Below, one piece after another: positions 23,284-39,390 of a DNA stretch of 64,000 bases. How positions within the stretch are numbered: position 1 is the first letter of the stretch; each line of letters starts with the position of its first letter. The DNA is taken from NCBI GenBank assembly GCA_964016885.1, contig OZ024750.1:32426001-32490000 (forward strand), read 5' to 3'. The stretch is from Eledone cirrhosa. Taxonomy: Eukaryota. The notes beneath the pieces are model-generated. The model had not been told where the DNA came from and made no database searches. It was given only the letters and a program-made list of their open reading frames with translations. The translations under genes and the position numbers were made by a program.

Positions 23284-25499
23284 AAGAAAACATCACACAT
23301 GCTTTATGTGCACACATCCGCATCAATAGGTGATGAACTGGTAATGTGGTTAGAACACGGTATTTGTTTCAGTTCTCTGCAGTCTGCATTTAAATACTGC
23401 TTTACAAACAGGACAGTGGTTTAAATCCTGGGAAACTTCCATGAAATGCAGTCACAGAGGCGACTGTCAAGCCCTGCGCGGATTTGAGTCGTTACAAAAA
23501 AACACATCAAACCTTGAGTATCTTACTCAATCATAGAGAATGAAATGGTTTCGCTACAAATATTTCTGACAGTAATTTGCAAACATTTATTATTTTCTGA
23601 TAATATGATGGAAAGTTTCCTTTCTGTTGTTATCAGAGTAATAGAGGAGATTTGGAACTCCCTTGCTTGATCAAAAGCAACTTCCAGTCATATCAAACGA
23701 AAATCTTCCTTTTGATCAAAATCGTTTATATGATTAATGGCTGCGAATTTTTAAAAGATAACGTAAAAACGAAATGACTAGTCATGATTAAAATATATGT
23801 TGCTTATCTACACCTACTCGTTGAAAACTAAGATAGGAAATATAACATGAAGTATTTGCAATCAATATTTTTACCAGAATTTAGCAGCTGTTGTAATATT
23901 TTTCCGAATAGATTTTATCAGTTAATTTATTGGATCAAATTATCCGGTATTTTGTTGTTCCTATCTCCTCAACTATATTGTAACCTTAATTCACAAAAGT
24001 AAATAATTTTGCAAAAAATAATTTAGGCTGAAAATGATAAAATGTATTTTAAAACTTCGTCTGATTCTCGTAACACCATTAATTTAGTCAATTTCAAATT
24101 GAGGAAAATAAACTCGAAGTTATGACGAATCTACGATAATTTCTATCTTTAATAATAACAAAATTAATATCAGTATAACGTTTAGTATAGATATTAGTAT
24201 AACATAAAAAAGAATGAGAAAACCCATCGTTAAAACAACTGAATGCTGTTAAAGTGAATTCAATAATAATTTTAATGCAATCTATTAGGTAATGTAATCC
24301 AAATCATCGCACTTTTAACAATTTCTCTTACGCATGTCTTTCAAATTACTTTTTTTATCGGAAGCAGCACACTACTTCAAATAAAATATTCCATCAGATT
24401 CTTAACAAATAATTTCTGTTACTGAAATACTAAAGTTGGAAAGATTATTATCTTTTTTAAAATTATGTTCTGAGTTATTATCCATTTGGAAATTATTATT
24501 ATCCATTTGGAAATACTGCATTGTAACGAATTTGATGAATATAATGACTGCAAGAATATTGCTGTACAATTAAACTCATTATCTCAAATAATTATCTCAA
24601 ATAATGACTGGGCGTGATAAGTTAATAGAAAAGTCAAATTGTCGATCTTGTGCTAAATTATTATTAGAACCATTCAATATGCCTCTGGTAATAAATTTTA
24701 ATCAATGAATAACCTTGAGGCCCAAATGTTTTTGTAGACTTCAGTCTTAAAGCATTGGTTTCTTTTGGTTTTTGTATTCGGTGAATGATATCCGCGAACT
24801 TAAAGAGAAATATTTCATTGCAGAAAGAGAAAAATCAATGGAATAAAAACAACACAGAATAGAATAAACAAGAGAAATTTTATTGCATTTACAATGACAA
24901 CCAGAACTTTGGAATAAGTTATTATCCAAGCATAACCATTACATCACCACTGTCTCGAATTGAACACTAAACAGACGTTTTTTTTTTCAAATATCGCTGA
25001 TTATGAAAGATGTTACAATATTCCAGAAGCTTACATTATTTATATTATTGCTTCTATTGTTTCATAAAACAATTTTCTTTTATTCTAGGTTTTTTCTCAA
25101 CATATTTAACATATTTAATTATGCCAATTTCTATCAAAATCTCAATCTATTTTGGATGTGTTTAAGAATGTGAAACCATCTAGAACTTTTCTGTTTTAAT
25201 AATCTGTAGTAACTATGATTTTTCTTTTAACCAAATCATTATATAATGAATATGGGTATATATCTAAATATGTTATGCAGATAACACTGTGTAATGGAAG
25301 TGAAAGTAATGTTAAACCTGGTATTATAGGTTTCCACTATTTTCTCGATATATATTATATCATTGCTTCTTTATATCTTTTATTCCCACAATATACAATA
25401 ATATGGCATCTTTTGATAAATGATAATTACCATACATGTATAATTGTGTGGTGGGTGTGAGTCTTAAACAATGCATATTCCTGTACCTAAACACACTTC

Positions 25500-25570
25500 A
25501 AATATATATATGTATATATATATATGCAAATGCATATATATATATACATATATACATATGTATATACATA

Positions 25571-25618
<48 letters not shown>

Positions 25619-25769
25619 GATGTATATATATATGCATATGTTTACATATATACATATGTTTACATATATATATATTTACAGTATATATGTTTATAATATA
25701 TATATATAACCTCCAAGTGTGAAACTAATATAACTCTGTATTTATGCACCCCTGTGTTTGTTTTGTTTC

Positions 25770-25806
<37 letters not shown>

Positions 25807-25820
25807 TATGTATATATGCA
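25500..25820. repeat. (TA)n-rich tract
   Basis: Direct reading. Confidence 0.85.
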
Positions 25821-26138
25821 TTTGCTTTGATAAACATACGAGACTCTCTCTCTGGAATAAATTGTAATTCTGCCATGTGAGCATACTTTGTAGTTCTGTT
25901 TCAAGTGTCTAAAGAAATTTATTGCAGTATAAGTTGATGTAATGGTTTATTGTTCAGAAAAAAGTTTAAACCATTTTTGTTCTCCTTGCTTTTCACTTTC
26001 ACACAAAAAGATTTGTATTAAAAAAAGATTATTGTTATCATTATTATTTTAATTATGATTATGAATATTATTATTAATACTTTTTTTCTTTTCTGTTGTT
26101 ATTTTATTCACAGCACCTAATATGATAACAAAAAATGT

Positions 26139-26181
26139 TTATGTATATATATATATTTATGTATATATACATATATATATG

Positions 26182-26242
<61 letters not shown>

Positions 26243-26321
26243 GTGTATATATATGTGTATATATGTATATGTATATATATGTATATATGTGTATATATAT
26301 GTGTATATATATATATATGTG

Positions 26322-26368
<47 letters not shown>

Positions 26369-26605
26369 ATATATATATATATGTATATGTGTATATATGT
26401 GTATTTATATATATATATATATGTAAATGTATATGTGTATTTATATATATGTATATATATATATATATATGTAAATGTATATGTGTATTTATATATATGT
26501 ATATATATATATATGTAAATATATATGTATATATATGTGTATTTATATATATATATATATATTTGTGTATGTGTGAGTGTGTGTATGTGTATGTATATGT
26601 GTATA
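26139..26605. repeat. (TA)n/(TG)n tract
   Basis: Direct reading. Confidence 0.9.
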
Positions 26606-27331
26606 ATGATGCTGAATAATTTCAGCTAAAAATGTCTACTGCATAATAACAATTCCCTGTGATTAAACTGTACAAATAACAAGATAACATGAAAAAAAGG
26701 AGCATACTATTAAATCAAGCATCTTCAGAATAGACAGATTTACAGCCATCTTATCCATATACAAGAGATATAATATTTAACAAATGTATTGTCATTGTCA
26801 ACTTTGTGTACGAGTTGATATTTGCAATGTATGTTTTTATAAAATTAAACCCCGTATTTAATTCCGTTCTTATTTCAATTTATTTTCATTATATTTTTTT
26901 TTTTTTTGGTTTTTGTTTTTCTCGAAGCTTTTGCATCATGCATTCCAAACAACACAGTAAGCTAGGAAGGAAGTTCTGTGAGAAAATTCAACAACAACAA
27001 ACAAGAGTAATAGTATTTTTTTTTGGCTTTTTTTTATTCATGTGATGATAAACATTTGGATTATCTGTAGATTTCTAAGTAATAAAGGAATTTTGAATAC
27101 AGCTTTTTTTCTGAATGACTTTTATTCCATACCATGTTGCATAATATCCTAACTTCTTTCAGATTCATCTTGCATTTTTTCACATTTCTTCATATCAAAA
27201 ATAACATAAAGAATTCTAATCAACAGATCTAATATCTGGATATAAACGTACTTAATTTAATTGCATAATGTCATCTACATTTATTATGTAACGTATTATC
27301 ATAATTGGTAACTACAAAAAATTATTATATA

Positions 27332-27434
27332 TAATCATCATCATTTTCATCATCATCATCATCATCATTATTAAGATCATCATAATCACCATCATCATCA
27401 TAATTATTATTAGTATTGTTATAATTATTGTTGC

Positions 27435-27476
<42 letters not shown>

Positions 27477-27522
27477 CATTATTATCATAATCATCATCAT
27501 CAATATCATCTTTATTATTATC
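27332..27522. repeat. (ATC)n/(ATT)n trinucleotide tract
   Basis: Direct reading. Confidence 0.9.
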
Positions 27523-27920
27523 AAAATAATTGCAGATAGGTATAGAAATCATTTTTCAGAAATAGGAGCTGATTATTTTCATTGCATTTCTTTGCAAACC
27601 ATCCGCACCCAATATTCGGCATCTTTCATCTCAAATATGTTGTTTTTAAAGATGTAGGTAGTGATTGAAACCATATGAAGTGATGTGATTAAAATACAAG
27701 CCCAATACCAATACGTAATGGTATTTAACTTTGTAGATTTATGATTTAAATGAAAAAAATGAATTGAAATATTATTCAGTGTATAACTTTCCAGACTTCT
27801 TATTTCATGATGTAATATATTCCAATGGAAATAAGAGTTTGTTTTCTGTTTAATTATAATGATGAATACCTGAATTTCTGACTTCATAACATAAATTAAC
27901 ACTAAAGAAAATTGAAATTG

Positions 27921-27943
27921 CATACATATATATATATACATGC

Positions 27944-27983
<40 letters not shown>

Positions 27984-28090
27984 TATACAAACACATATAT
28001 ATATATATACACACATATATATATACGCATATATACATATATATACACACACATACACATATATAAATGCATACATATATAAATACATAC

Positions 28091-28139
<49 letters not shown>

Positions 28140-28181
28140 TATGTATATATATATATACATGTGTATTTATATATGTATATA

Positions 28182-28230
<49 letters not shown>

Positions 28231-28327
28231 GCATATATATATATGTGTATATATATATGTGTATACATATATGTGTGTATATAATATATGTGTGTATGTG
28301 TGTATATAATATATGTGTGTATGTATA
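27921..28327. repeat. (TA)n/(CA)n/(TG)n tract
   Basis: Direct reading. Confidence 0.9.
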
Positions 28328-29824
28328 CTGAAATCCTAAACAACCTTTCATCCTTTTTGCTTCCTAAAACACAGATGTGTTTTCAGGTGAGTATCTAAAA
28401 ATCATTTCCTTAACTATTTGATGACTGAACCATTATTTTACTCAAACAAACCAGATTGAAAAGAACTGGTACTGACAACAATCGATTTTATATGTTCATT
28501 AACTATATTTTTATTTATTTATGTTTGCTTTTTTGTTGTGATTTTTTTTTTGCACATGGAAAAAATTATTTTGAAGACATCCGTGAAAATGACTTTAATA
28601 ACAATCTTTCTTACTACATGATTAGATCAATTTTAATAATATTTTGTTTTTTGTGTTTTTCTTTTGAAAGAAATATTCATGTAAGATAGGTAAATTTCTG
28701 TAAAGTTTAAAGACACATTAGATTTAACCACAAAAAACAATTGTTTATAAAAGAGTGGTTTCCCAGCATTGTTTCAGCCAACAAACTGAAACCAGTATGA
28801 GAATACAAGAGTACAATACAGGGGTAAAGATTTAAAAGTGAGGTTATATTGAATTACATTTAACGTTACACTTCAGTTAAAAATTCTCTATTTCATTTTC
28901 TTAAATTCGAATCTGCATCAACTAGTATTACATACCTGTAACTTACTTATAAATTCAGTAAATATTTGCTGCTATAGCCACCACTAAACATTAATAAGAA
29001 ATAAAAATTGGATGTATCTGTTTATATATATTTTTTTTCGTTTTGCCTGTATATTTAAGGCACTGGCTTTCAAAGCCAGGATGTTTGAGATTTAATACCT
29101 TCAAGAAGTATCTTCCTTAATTTTGAATGGAATTAAGTTTGGATAACCTGTTGGATAAAAGCTCATTGATGAACCTTCACCATTTCTGGTGAATATATGA
29201 AACAGAGAATAACAAAAACCCATATAGATGATGCAAGATTTCTCAACTATAATCTGAAGAAAAAAGTCAAATTTGAAATAAAAAAGTGTGTATAGATTTT
29301 TCTTTATGTGCGCATATGTAACAAATCAGTAAAAAAATCATAATATTAAAATGCTGGTATATACTTCCACCAACAAAGATTGTTTAATAATAACATATTA
29401 TTTGATGTCTACTTCTAGATTTACAGTCTGCTGGTTATAGTAAGATAATACTATTAATTTTCAAATCTATTTAAACAGAAAGTACCTTTTGTTTAACAGA
29501 ATGAATAAATCTTATAATCTGACATAATGCTTGAAACTTTTATGTATTTATTAAATAATCCTAGTTATTAGAAAGAAAATAATCTCTAAGGGTTTAAGTT
29601 TTATCATGCATCTCTTAAAAACCAACAGCAGTGTTTCTTACTATATTTATGAATCATATATATATATATATATTTTATGTAAATATGTAAATATGTTTGT
29701 CTAAGGAATACGTTATTTTCACCGGCATTGTTTCTATTTTGTTCATGCCTTATTTCACTTAATTTTATTTTGCAGTGGGATGAATAACAATTGCAAATAT
29801 AATAGTGAAAACTATAATAATAAC

Positions 29825-29861
<37 letters not shown>

Positions 29862-29862
29862 G

Positions 29863-30090
29863 TAATTGTTTCTACTTCAGGCACAAGGCCAGTAATGTTT
29901 CTTTTTTTTTGGGGGGGGGAGGTCGATTAACTCGAAACCCAGTTCGTTACTGGTACTTTATTTTATCGACCCCGTAAGGATGAAAGGCAAAGCTAGTCTC
30001 GGCAGGATTTGAATGCAGAATGTAAAGGTCTGTAACTCTATGCTGTAAAGCATGTTATCTGATGCTCTACTGTTACTGCCAATCCACCAC
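29863..30090 (-). mobile_element. SINE family 1, long subfamily, flanked by (AAT)n
   Basis: Core ACTGGTACTTTATTTTATCGACCCCGTAAGGATGAAAGGCAAAG; head ...TGCCAATCCACCACC. Confidence 0.85.
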
Positions 30091-33068
30091 CCCACCCACA
30101 ATACTGTCAATAATAATAACAATAATGATAATAGTAACAATAATGATAATAATAATAATAATAATGATAATAAAAATAATAATAATAATAATAATAATAG
30201 ATTTTAAGAGTAAATTATGGTCATCAAATTAATTAAATTGAAAATACTTGAAAATAATAATTACTTGAAGTTTAATAATATACTGTACATATACTTAACA
30301 GTTTAATTAATACTACAGAATTGGATATAATTTGTGTGGTCCTCTATATCTGCATATGCGTGAGTATTTGGACTGTTTTCTTTTCACTAAGGCTGTGACT
30401 GTAAATATTATATTTGTATGAAAAGTCTTTGTAATTTTATGCTGTAATTCAATAAATAAATTAGGTATGTATTTCATCAGTGATGATATAAGAAAAAATT
30501 TCCTTTTCAACTTGTAATTTACTTAAAACCTTACAAAAATTCCAGTTGGGTGTATGGTATCTATATTTTCTCAACAGGAGCAATATATTGGTATTGGTAT
30601 GTGTAAATGCTGATATCTGTTGATTCATTGAGCTGCATGTTTTAAAAACTTGTCAAAAAATGACAATAAAAAAATTCTCTGGTTGAAAAAAAAATTGTAT
30701 ACAATACTTTAGCAATATTTTTATTTGTATGAAATGCATTTATTTTTTCATTTCAATTTTTATTTCTCTTAATTAAATAAACATGTGTATGTATATATAT
30801 ATAGGACACTTTGGGGAAAGCCAAAATACAGTTTTGTAGCTTTTTATTATTAATCCAACAAAAATAATTACAGTTAAAAAGTCAGCATTTCATATGAAAA
30901 ACAGTTCTGATAATTGATCATATTTATATCTATATTGCTTTAATATCAAAATAGCTAACGTTTACATTCAACTAATTTGAAAATGTCCCTAGTTCTTCAG
31001 ATATTAAACATAGTTTAGAGGAATAACTAATTAGAATGATATATGATAAACAAATTATGATAATTTAATTATAACACTTCACATAATACTTGCTAGGAAA
31101 TATTTCATTATTTTCATGCATAGTATAGTAACTGCAAGATCCTGCATTTTAAACAGTACTAAAATCTAATCTAGATGGTAACTCAGATTCTATTTGAAAA
31201 CATTTGTCATAATCATTTTGAAATACTTCATTTTTAATTTAAGCTAACCTTATCAGATGTTATTATACAAATTAACAAAGAAAATCATTTTATTATTTTT
31301 TTCTAATTTTCATGCTGACTTTTTTACAAAATTAATTATATTTTCCTTATGATGATGAAATCAAATATGACACTTAGGGTACTAATAAGGAGTAATTAAA
31401 TATCATCAGCTTCTGTATTATTGTAATTAATACTGCTTTTCATCATAACATTTGATATATCTAAACAAGGCTATGGTTTTGAGAAATTTAATATCAAATG
31501 AAATGCATATGGATGTATATGTTTCATATATATACATATCACATATGTATAAATTTACATAACAAGTATATTATATATACAGTCAAAGGTTAATTGAAAA
31601 AAGAATAAACAAAATCTAATTTGATATTGAACCAGGAAGTAAGATTATGTAAATTTGTTTTAAAACAAAAACAAGTATCAAAAATCAAAAAGAAAAACAA
31701 ATATAAATTTTTCTTTATTTTTCTTCTTTTTTTTTACTGAATTTTATCTTCATTTCCAGGAAATTGCTTTAAATTTGTTTTCCATTGATTGGTTTTATTT
31801 ATTTTGCATAATTAATTTTGGTCTCTATATATACACGTTTTAGCAAGAACGCAATCAAAAGAATTGGAAAACTTCATAACCTTTTTTATGCCATGTTTTC
31901 CAATTATAATCTCAATCAGAACGAAATATCAGAAAGTCCTATGTTATTCTCACTTTCTTATAACTTAGAATTGTTAGGAACATTTAGCTTTTTTAGTTAT
32001 TTAAGATATTTATTCATTTTTGTACCATTTCATATTTACTATGTATAGTTTTAGGAATTTGTGTATCTCATATTTTCAATTTGATTTTAGTACACTGTCG
32101 TCTATTATTATATCATTTAGAACACATAGATTCTATCAGAAAATGCTGCTACTTCAACATATTGTATTAGAACATTTTATGGGAAGGAAGAGTATATTGT
32201 TTTTATTTCCTTTATTATTTTTCTTTGTTCTTTTTTTGTTTGTTTTGAACTCACAGTAGATTGTTAAAAAAACAATTTATCCAACAAAATATTCATTTAA
32301 AAAAATGTGTTTTTTTAAATAATTTTTATCATATATATGTATATTTCATTATAAAAAGAACAACACATGCTCACACATACATACCCACAAAAACAGATAT
32401 GATTTGATCATCTGAAACTACAATACCTTTTTTATATTTTTTTGCATTTATATATGGACTTGTTGTGAATGTTAAACTGGCTTATATTTTTAAGCAAATG
32501 AAACATTCTCTTGATACATTGAACATATTTCGTTCAGTACAATTTATCAATCAATTGTAGATTTTAAGTTTAGAGAGACTATCTTAAAATCTTCTAAAAG
32601 TCCTTTTGTTCAATTTCAACAATCCGTTTGAGGTTTTTTCAAAGGGATGATGATCATATTTATTAACGTTGTAATTACTTTTCTTACTTTTTATACATTT
32701 GCATTTGAATAAAAACCAAATAAGTGGAGGTAAAAAGGGAAAAAATAATTACAACTATTTTTTCTTTTTCTAAAGAAAAGATATGTAGTTTTTCATTTGA
32801 TAAATAGGAAGACGAAACAAACAAAAGAGATAGAATTAAACAAATGTTTGAAATAATAAGGAGATGTATTTTTGACACTGATCCCAAGCACACACAAAAC
32901 CTTAAGATAGGAAAAAGAAAAAAAGGAGAATAACATTTACTTCACTGATATTCTTAAATACTATCAATGTGAGATTTAAATTGTTTGCTTTTTCATCGAA
33001 ACCAGAAATATATATGCATAAAATAATACACACACACAATCATGCATATATATATATACACACATATG

Positions 33069-33142
<74 letters not shown>

Positions 33143-33355
33143 TGTATATGTATATTTATATGTATGTATATATGTATATAGGTATATATATATATATAAG
33201 TTGTTGTTGTTTTAGACTTAGATAATTTCTCATCTTGTAATTTGATTACTATTTGATTACTATATTTATCTAATTTCATGTGAATTCATGTTGGTATTCT
33301 AAACAGTTTACCACATGAACGCATTGATATGTATATATATATATACAAATCTATA

Positions 33356-33402
<47 letters not shown>

Positions 33403-34877
33403 TGTGTGTATACGATTAGTTATTTTATGTTATGGTAAACATCACAAATTTATATATATTTTCTATGCAAGATATTTTAACATTTGAATGACAATGAGCT
33501 CCATTGCCAATTTTAAATTTGTATATATAGTTATGTGTGTGTATATAATGTGTATCAAACATATATTCAGAAATACAAAGATAACTTCGACACAGTTTGT
33601 TTTTATTAGATCCTTGTCATAACAGTCTGTACCTTTTATAAATATTTATTAATATATGCCGCTGTAGTACAAAGTGTTATAAACAAGGTGGTATCAAAAG
33701 TCGTCTTTATATATTTGAGGATATGTTATAATCAAGCTATTGTTTTATTTACTTTCATTTGTTTTCTTAAATCTTTTAATTGAAGTTACTATTATTCTGA
33801 AACAATTATTTAAAATATAAGAAATCATTACAATAATTTTTTATCATTCTTCATAGATATGAGGGAATAATTTATCCTTCAAAAGTATCAACTGTTTCCT
33901 TTCCACAGCTAATGAGGAAGAGAGAGAGAGAGAGAGAAAGAAGAGAGAGAGAGAGAGCAACTCTTAATAGTATCTCTTTGTACATCATAAACATAAATAA
34001 ATATAAATATAATTTTGTCTTCACTATGTCTTCAATCCCATTATTGCTGTTGATAGGAAATAGTTAATTACTTTTGTTTGTTATTTGTTTGCCTAGGTAA
34101 AAGGCTTTCATTGATATTGTGGTTAACAAAGTTAACCTTTTACATTAAAAATAGAAACGATGTGAGGGGGTGTTATTAATGTATGTATATTTCATTATCG
34201 TAATGTGATGTTTTACAGATGGACAGCTTTTATGAGTATTAAAATCTAAACAATACACGAACTTATACACAAAATAAATGATTACTTTCCTAACTAAATA
34301 TATTAAAATATAAAGAGATATGTAAAAAGAACGTTGAAATCAAAAGAAACATTATGCTTAGAAATGACACTGGAAAAATGAATTATAAACAAAATATTCT
34401 TGGGAAAAATACCATTACATGCTTATTTATATTTTAATTGGAAAACATTTAGTGTCAGTTCACACCGATTAGACACCATCTCCAATAAATAAGCAGGTAT
34501 GGTGTATATATATATGTATAGGTGTGTGTGCAGAGGAAGGGTCACATACACTGACATTGATAAGCTCTATTTCTATCCAACTAATTGGATTTGTATGCAT
34601 ACATCCACATTTTAAATGAAATAAAACGAAAGTCAAATAAATAAAAATTTAAAAGAAAAAAAAATAACATCAGTGCTGAAGTCAGATTGTTCTGACTTTG
34701 AAACATCTTGTTGGTACCTTACATATAACATTGCTTTTTTATGTAAGAACTGGTGAACGGAAGGTAAAGGCCAGAATCCCAACTGTGTTACATCGAGGAG
34801 TGCTGAAATACAAACACCATAATTCTAGAAATGGCTCAATAATATACAAAAAATATAGAAACACAATATTTTGAATA

Positions 34878-34916
<39 letters not shown>

Positions 34917-37900
34917 AATAGGAATGAAAATCAACCTTAACATTTACTTAGAGAGAAAGAGACTAGTCTTTATAATTTGTAATTACAAATATGGTTTAGA
35001 GTTGAGAAAATTTGTCTCATCACAGAATGTGATACAACAAATCACCTCATTGGAAATCTTTGATTACCATTTTACCATGTGGGCCATGTGTACTTTTTTG
35101 TTATATATACAGATATACAGATATATTCTTCTATATATATACACTATATATATAGAAGAACTTTATTTGTTCTTTAGTGTATGTTCCAAGTGATTAGATT
35201 GATAACTGTCTCCAAATGGAAGGGTTTGCTGGGTGTGAAGTGATAATCAGTGATTCTTATTCCAGTAATACATAAACAATTGAAATCCCTATGCATCATT
35301 ACAATGTCATCAATCGATTGGTTACAGTTTTCAGAAATTTACATGACGGTAGGGGATGAGATTTAAATAGTTCCACCCCTGTATATATATTTTATATATT
35401 AAAATGTTGATTAATAAGTAAAATTATTACTCATATTGTCTGTCAAATGCACAGGTCAACCAGATTGCTAAAAATAGCCACCGTTAAAACCTAAAGTCAG
35501 TTCTACTACTTTAAAATTTAACAATTTTCATTAGGAACAATAATTCAAGTGTAAGAAATTGTCAAGACAACATATATCCAAATACCATGCATGTATGTAA
35601 ACTTATATAGGTGCAATTGTATAAAATGTGAAAGTAAGTGAATATATATATATATATGTATGTATATATATATATATATATATATATGTCAGATGTGACA
35701 TAAACAATATAGATACCCACAGAAGACTCATGCATGTTTATCTAACACAAACATATTGCATATGATTTCATATACACCTTTATTGTGAATCAAACTGTGT
35801 TAGTGCTGCTTCTAGTTAACACTACGCTGTAAAGCTCCACTATATGTAAAAATGATAATTTCCAAGCATGTATTATTTGTAAAGTCCATATATAAGCAAT
35901 TAACTTTCCTACCTCAATACAGAGTGAGAGAACACTTCATTGATGATGGATAAAGATTCTGAAATATTAGTATTTGGCATTCTCACATGGTAACTAAGTT
36001 AGTTGCGACATAATCACCGACTAAATTACCCATAGTGAGACTTATTGGATATGCTTCTATATACACTTATATATATTACCTAAATCTCCAGGACCATTTA
36101 CACTTTACAAAACTATTAAACATGGAACACATATATTAATCTTTCCAAATGTTTTCTATCTAGATTTTACAATTTTGATTTTCCAAACCTCATATACACT
36201 ATATATAAATCAGTTTGTTCCTAAAGCATCTTATTCAACAACCATAGAATACTGTGAGGTTTTGGGCATTATGAAGGGCATCTAGCCATAGAAACCATGC
36301 CAGAATGAATCACATCTGATCTGTCTAGCCTGAGAATGTACTAATCTATTTAACCTATGCAGGTGTGGAAAATAAATATAAAATAGCAACGATGATGATA
36401 TATTAACCCCGTTCCATGTATTTCTTTCTTTTCTCACCCTCATATCTGCTTATTTTATCTCAGAAAGCTTATTGTGACCATCTTGTTTTTGGCCATCTTG
36501 TTTTTGGTCAGAAAGTTTATTGTGGCCATCTTGTTTTTAACAAATGTAAGGATATTCAAAACACTTTATACATTCTTCATATTACAAAACATGGATAATG
36601 TTTCCTTTATTAACCACACAGAGCTTACATTAGGAGAACATGAATAATGTATATATTTAAGGAGAGTATTAACAAAAATATGTCATATATATACGGAACA
36701 ATAAATTGCTAGTCTGCCAGATTTTGCGGGGAAAAAACCCTGACTACCCCCATTTAACTAAAAGTGGATGAGTCGAAATTATAAATAAGAACTGAAGTGA
36801 ACTGTCAGGAGAACTGTGTGTATGGAGTCTCATTGTAGATTCTCGTTGGTAGTTCGGAATTACACCTGGTGAATAACTTGGGTTTTATCCTCGTTTTGTA
36901 CAGATATACAAAACAGGTCTGTCACACGATTATAACACCGGACAAAATGTTATTACAATAATAACAATAATACTAAGTTAAGCACTTTAACAAAGATAAT
37001 TTGATTTTAGATTTTTTTTTTTTAAATCGCTATTTTTCCAAGGTTGAGGATTTTTAATGTTATTTTCTCTCTCTAAATTGGAATATCCTTGACAATTAGA
37101 TCATATAGGTGAGAAATAATATTTCTAATATGGAAAAATAGTTATTGCAAAATCTGATTTGATACAATTTAGCAAAACTAATAGCTACTCATTGAATAAG
37201 AAAATAAAAATGTTTTGGATACAGCTATTTGAAATTTGATTATGAGGTTCTTTTAAAGGAAATAATATCTCTAAACTGATCTCATTATATTATTTCTTAT
37301 AGATTATTTTAACTTCATTAGATTTAATGTACAAGATTTATAGAGACAGAAATATTTTCATAGTTTCCCAAAAACCATTAGTAGTGGGAAATAAACAATG
37401 CAGTTATTAGCAAGAAGAGTTGAAATGAATGCTTTGCCAGTTTAGTTGTCAACAACCTAACCCTGCAACAGAGTTGGCTATCTGCAGGTGTAAACCTTGT
37501 GAGCTGGAATAGCTTATTCAGCGCATCTCCCTCACCATTATCTGGGGAAACACCTTTCTTATTCTACCCAGCAGGGCTGTGGGGTAGCCAGCATGTGGGC
37601 TCACATTTGCTCATAATAGTAGATGAGGAGAGCAGAAGGGACAGAGGCAGTGACAGTGAGAGTTTGGTTCCTTTGTATTCAGACCTGGTGTATATGTATA
37701 TGTTTCACAGACACACACTCCCACTGAGGCAATTTAATTTGAACTTCCTTCGAAATTATAGTTTGGATTCTTTATTTTCTAAGTCTGCCACCATTCTGGC
37801 GGGAAATGAAATATAATATATTTACTTGAATCAGATACTGAAACCAGATAAACAGCTTGATCTTTCAGAGGTAATTGTATGCCCTTTGCACTAGGATGCT

Positions 37901-38398
37901 CAAAATTAATAAATATGTTCTATTCTCCTGTAAGATGACCTAACCTTAGTATTCTACCAAAGCTGCTTGTTGACCAGATGTCTCATTAGCATGTTTTTAT
38001 TTTCTTTCTTCATCTAATTGGAAGTGTTAATTATGTTGGCTATGGTACAGAATAGGGATAATTAATAAATATATATTCATCATTTTCAGATGATTAGCTG
38101 ATATATAACTCACTTAGCTAATGCCTAATCTTTCAGTGCAATTCTAATCATTTCTATTTATTTAGTATCTTGTAGTCTCAAAGTAAATTCTTACCTAATC
38201 AAGTTTATATTATGAATTAAATTTCTAATTGGAGCTTCTTCTATTATGTCATAAAAGATTTTCCATATATCACAAAATGTGCACTTCTCATATTCCTTCC
38301 TATATTGACTTTCTCTAAGTACAGTTCATTGTAATCTAAATTTTAGTTTCTAATAATAACTTGTCTACAACAAAATGTCAATTATACAGATTGAGACA

Positions 38399-39052
38399 TA
38401 ATTATTGTTTCTACTTTTGGCACAAGGCCAGCAATTATCCAGTGCATTACTGGTACTTTATTTTATCAAACCCGTAAGGATGATATAGTTTAATAATAAT
38501 TGTTTCTACTGTTGGCACAAGGCCAGCAATTACCCAGTGCATTACTGGTACTTTATTTCATCGACCCCATGAGGATGAAAGGCAAAGTTAACCTTGGCGG
38601 GATTTGAACTCAGAATGGCAAGGGACGTAACTCTATGCGTCAAAGCATGGCGTCCGACCCACTACCGATACTGCCAATCCTAGTAAGAATATATTTTGCG
38701 ATAAACAGAGCCATCTTTCTTTCTACGGAGTTACTTTATGTCAACAAGAGAGCCTCTATGTGATCTCCCGACCTGCTAGAAATAGCAGTCAATCAACTTC
38801 AAATTAGACTCTACACAGGATATGTTTCTTCTTACACATAATTTAATATATAGGTTAATAATAATTGTGTCTACTTTTTGGCACAAGGCCAGCAATTATT
38901 CCAGTACATTACTGGTACTTTATTTTATCGATCCCGTAAGGATGAAAGGCAAAGTTAACCTCGGCGGGATTTGAACTCGGACCACAAAGGGCCGTAACTC
39001 TTTGCTGCAAAGCATGGCGTCCGACCCTCTACCGATAATGCCAATCCACCGC
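38399..39052 (-). mobile_element. Cluster of three SINE family 1 copies (38399-38483 partial, 38491-38680, 38856-39052) with a family 3 fragment (38745-38820)
   Basis: Three repeats of TTGT.TCTACT.TTGGCACAAGGCCAGCAATTA; cluster bracketed by TTGAGACATAAT at 38391 and 39057. Confidence 0.88.
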
Positions 39053-39390
39053 TATTTTGAGACATAATAATATGAATTTATATATGTCACAACAAAAGAG
39101 ATGACATTTAGATTCCAATCTAATTATATTAAGTCTTGATGTCAATAATCTATTCATATCTTGCACTATTCCATTTAATGTTGAGCAAAATATATGGATA
39201 TTTTAGTGAGTAGGTTAAAAACTGAAGTCTGAAATATTGATTTGTTTACTTGAGATAAAACTATTTAAAATATTAATGTGCCTTATCTGTAAACATCATA
39301 TCTTCAATGAATCTTAATATCACCCAGTGTTACACTTTTGTGTGATTTTCGGTTTCAAAAGTAAAACCAATATGATACGTAGTAGTATAA

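Noticed and set aside
27559-27658. Possible plus-strand terminal exon ([12 protein letters not shown]...KM*)
   Set aside because: An acceptor-like site exists, but there is no recognisable protein or partner exon; likely chance.
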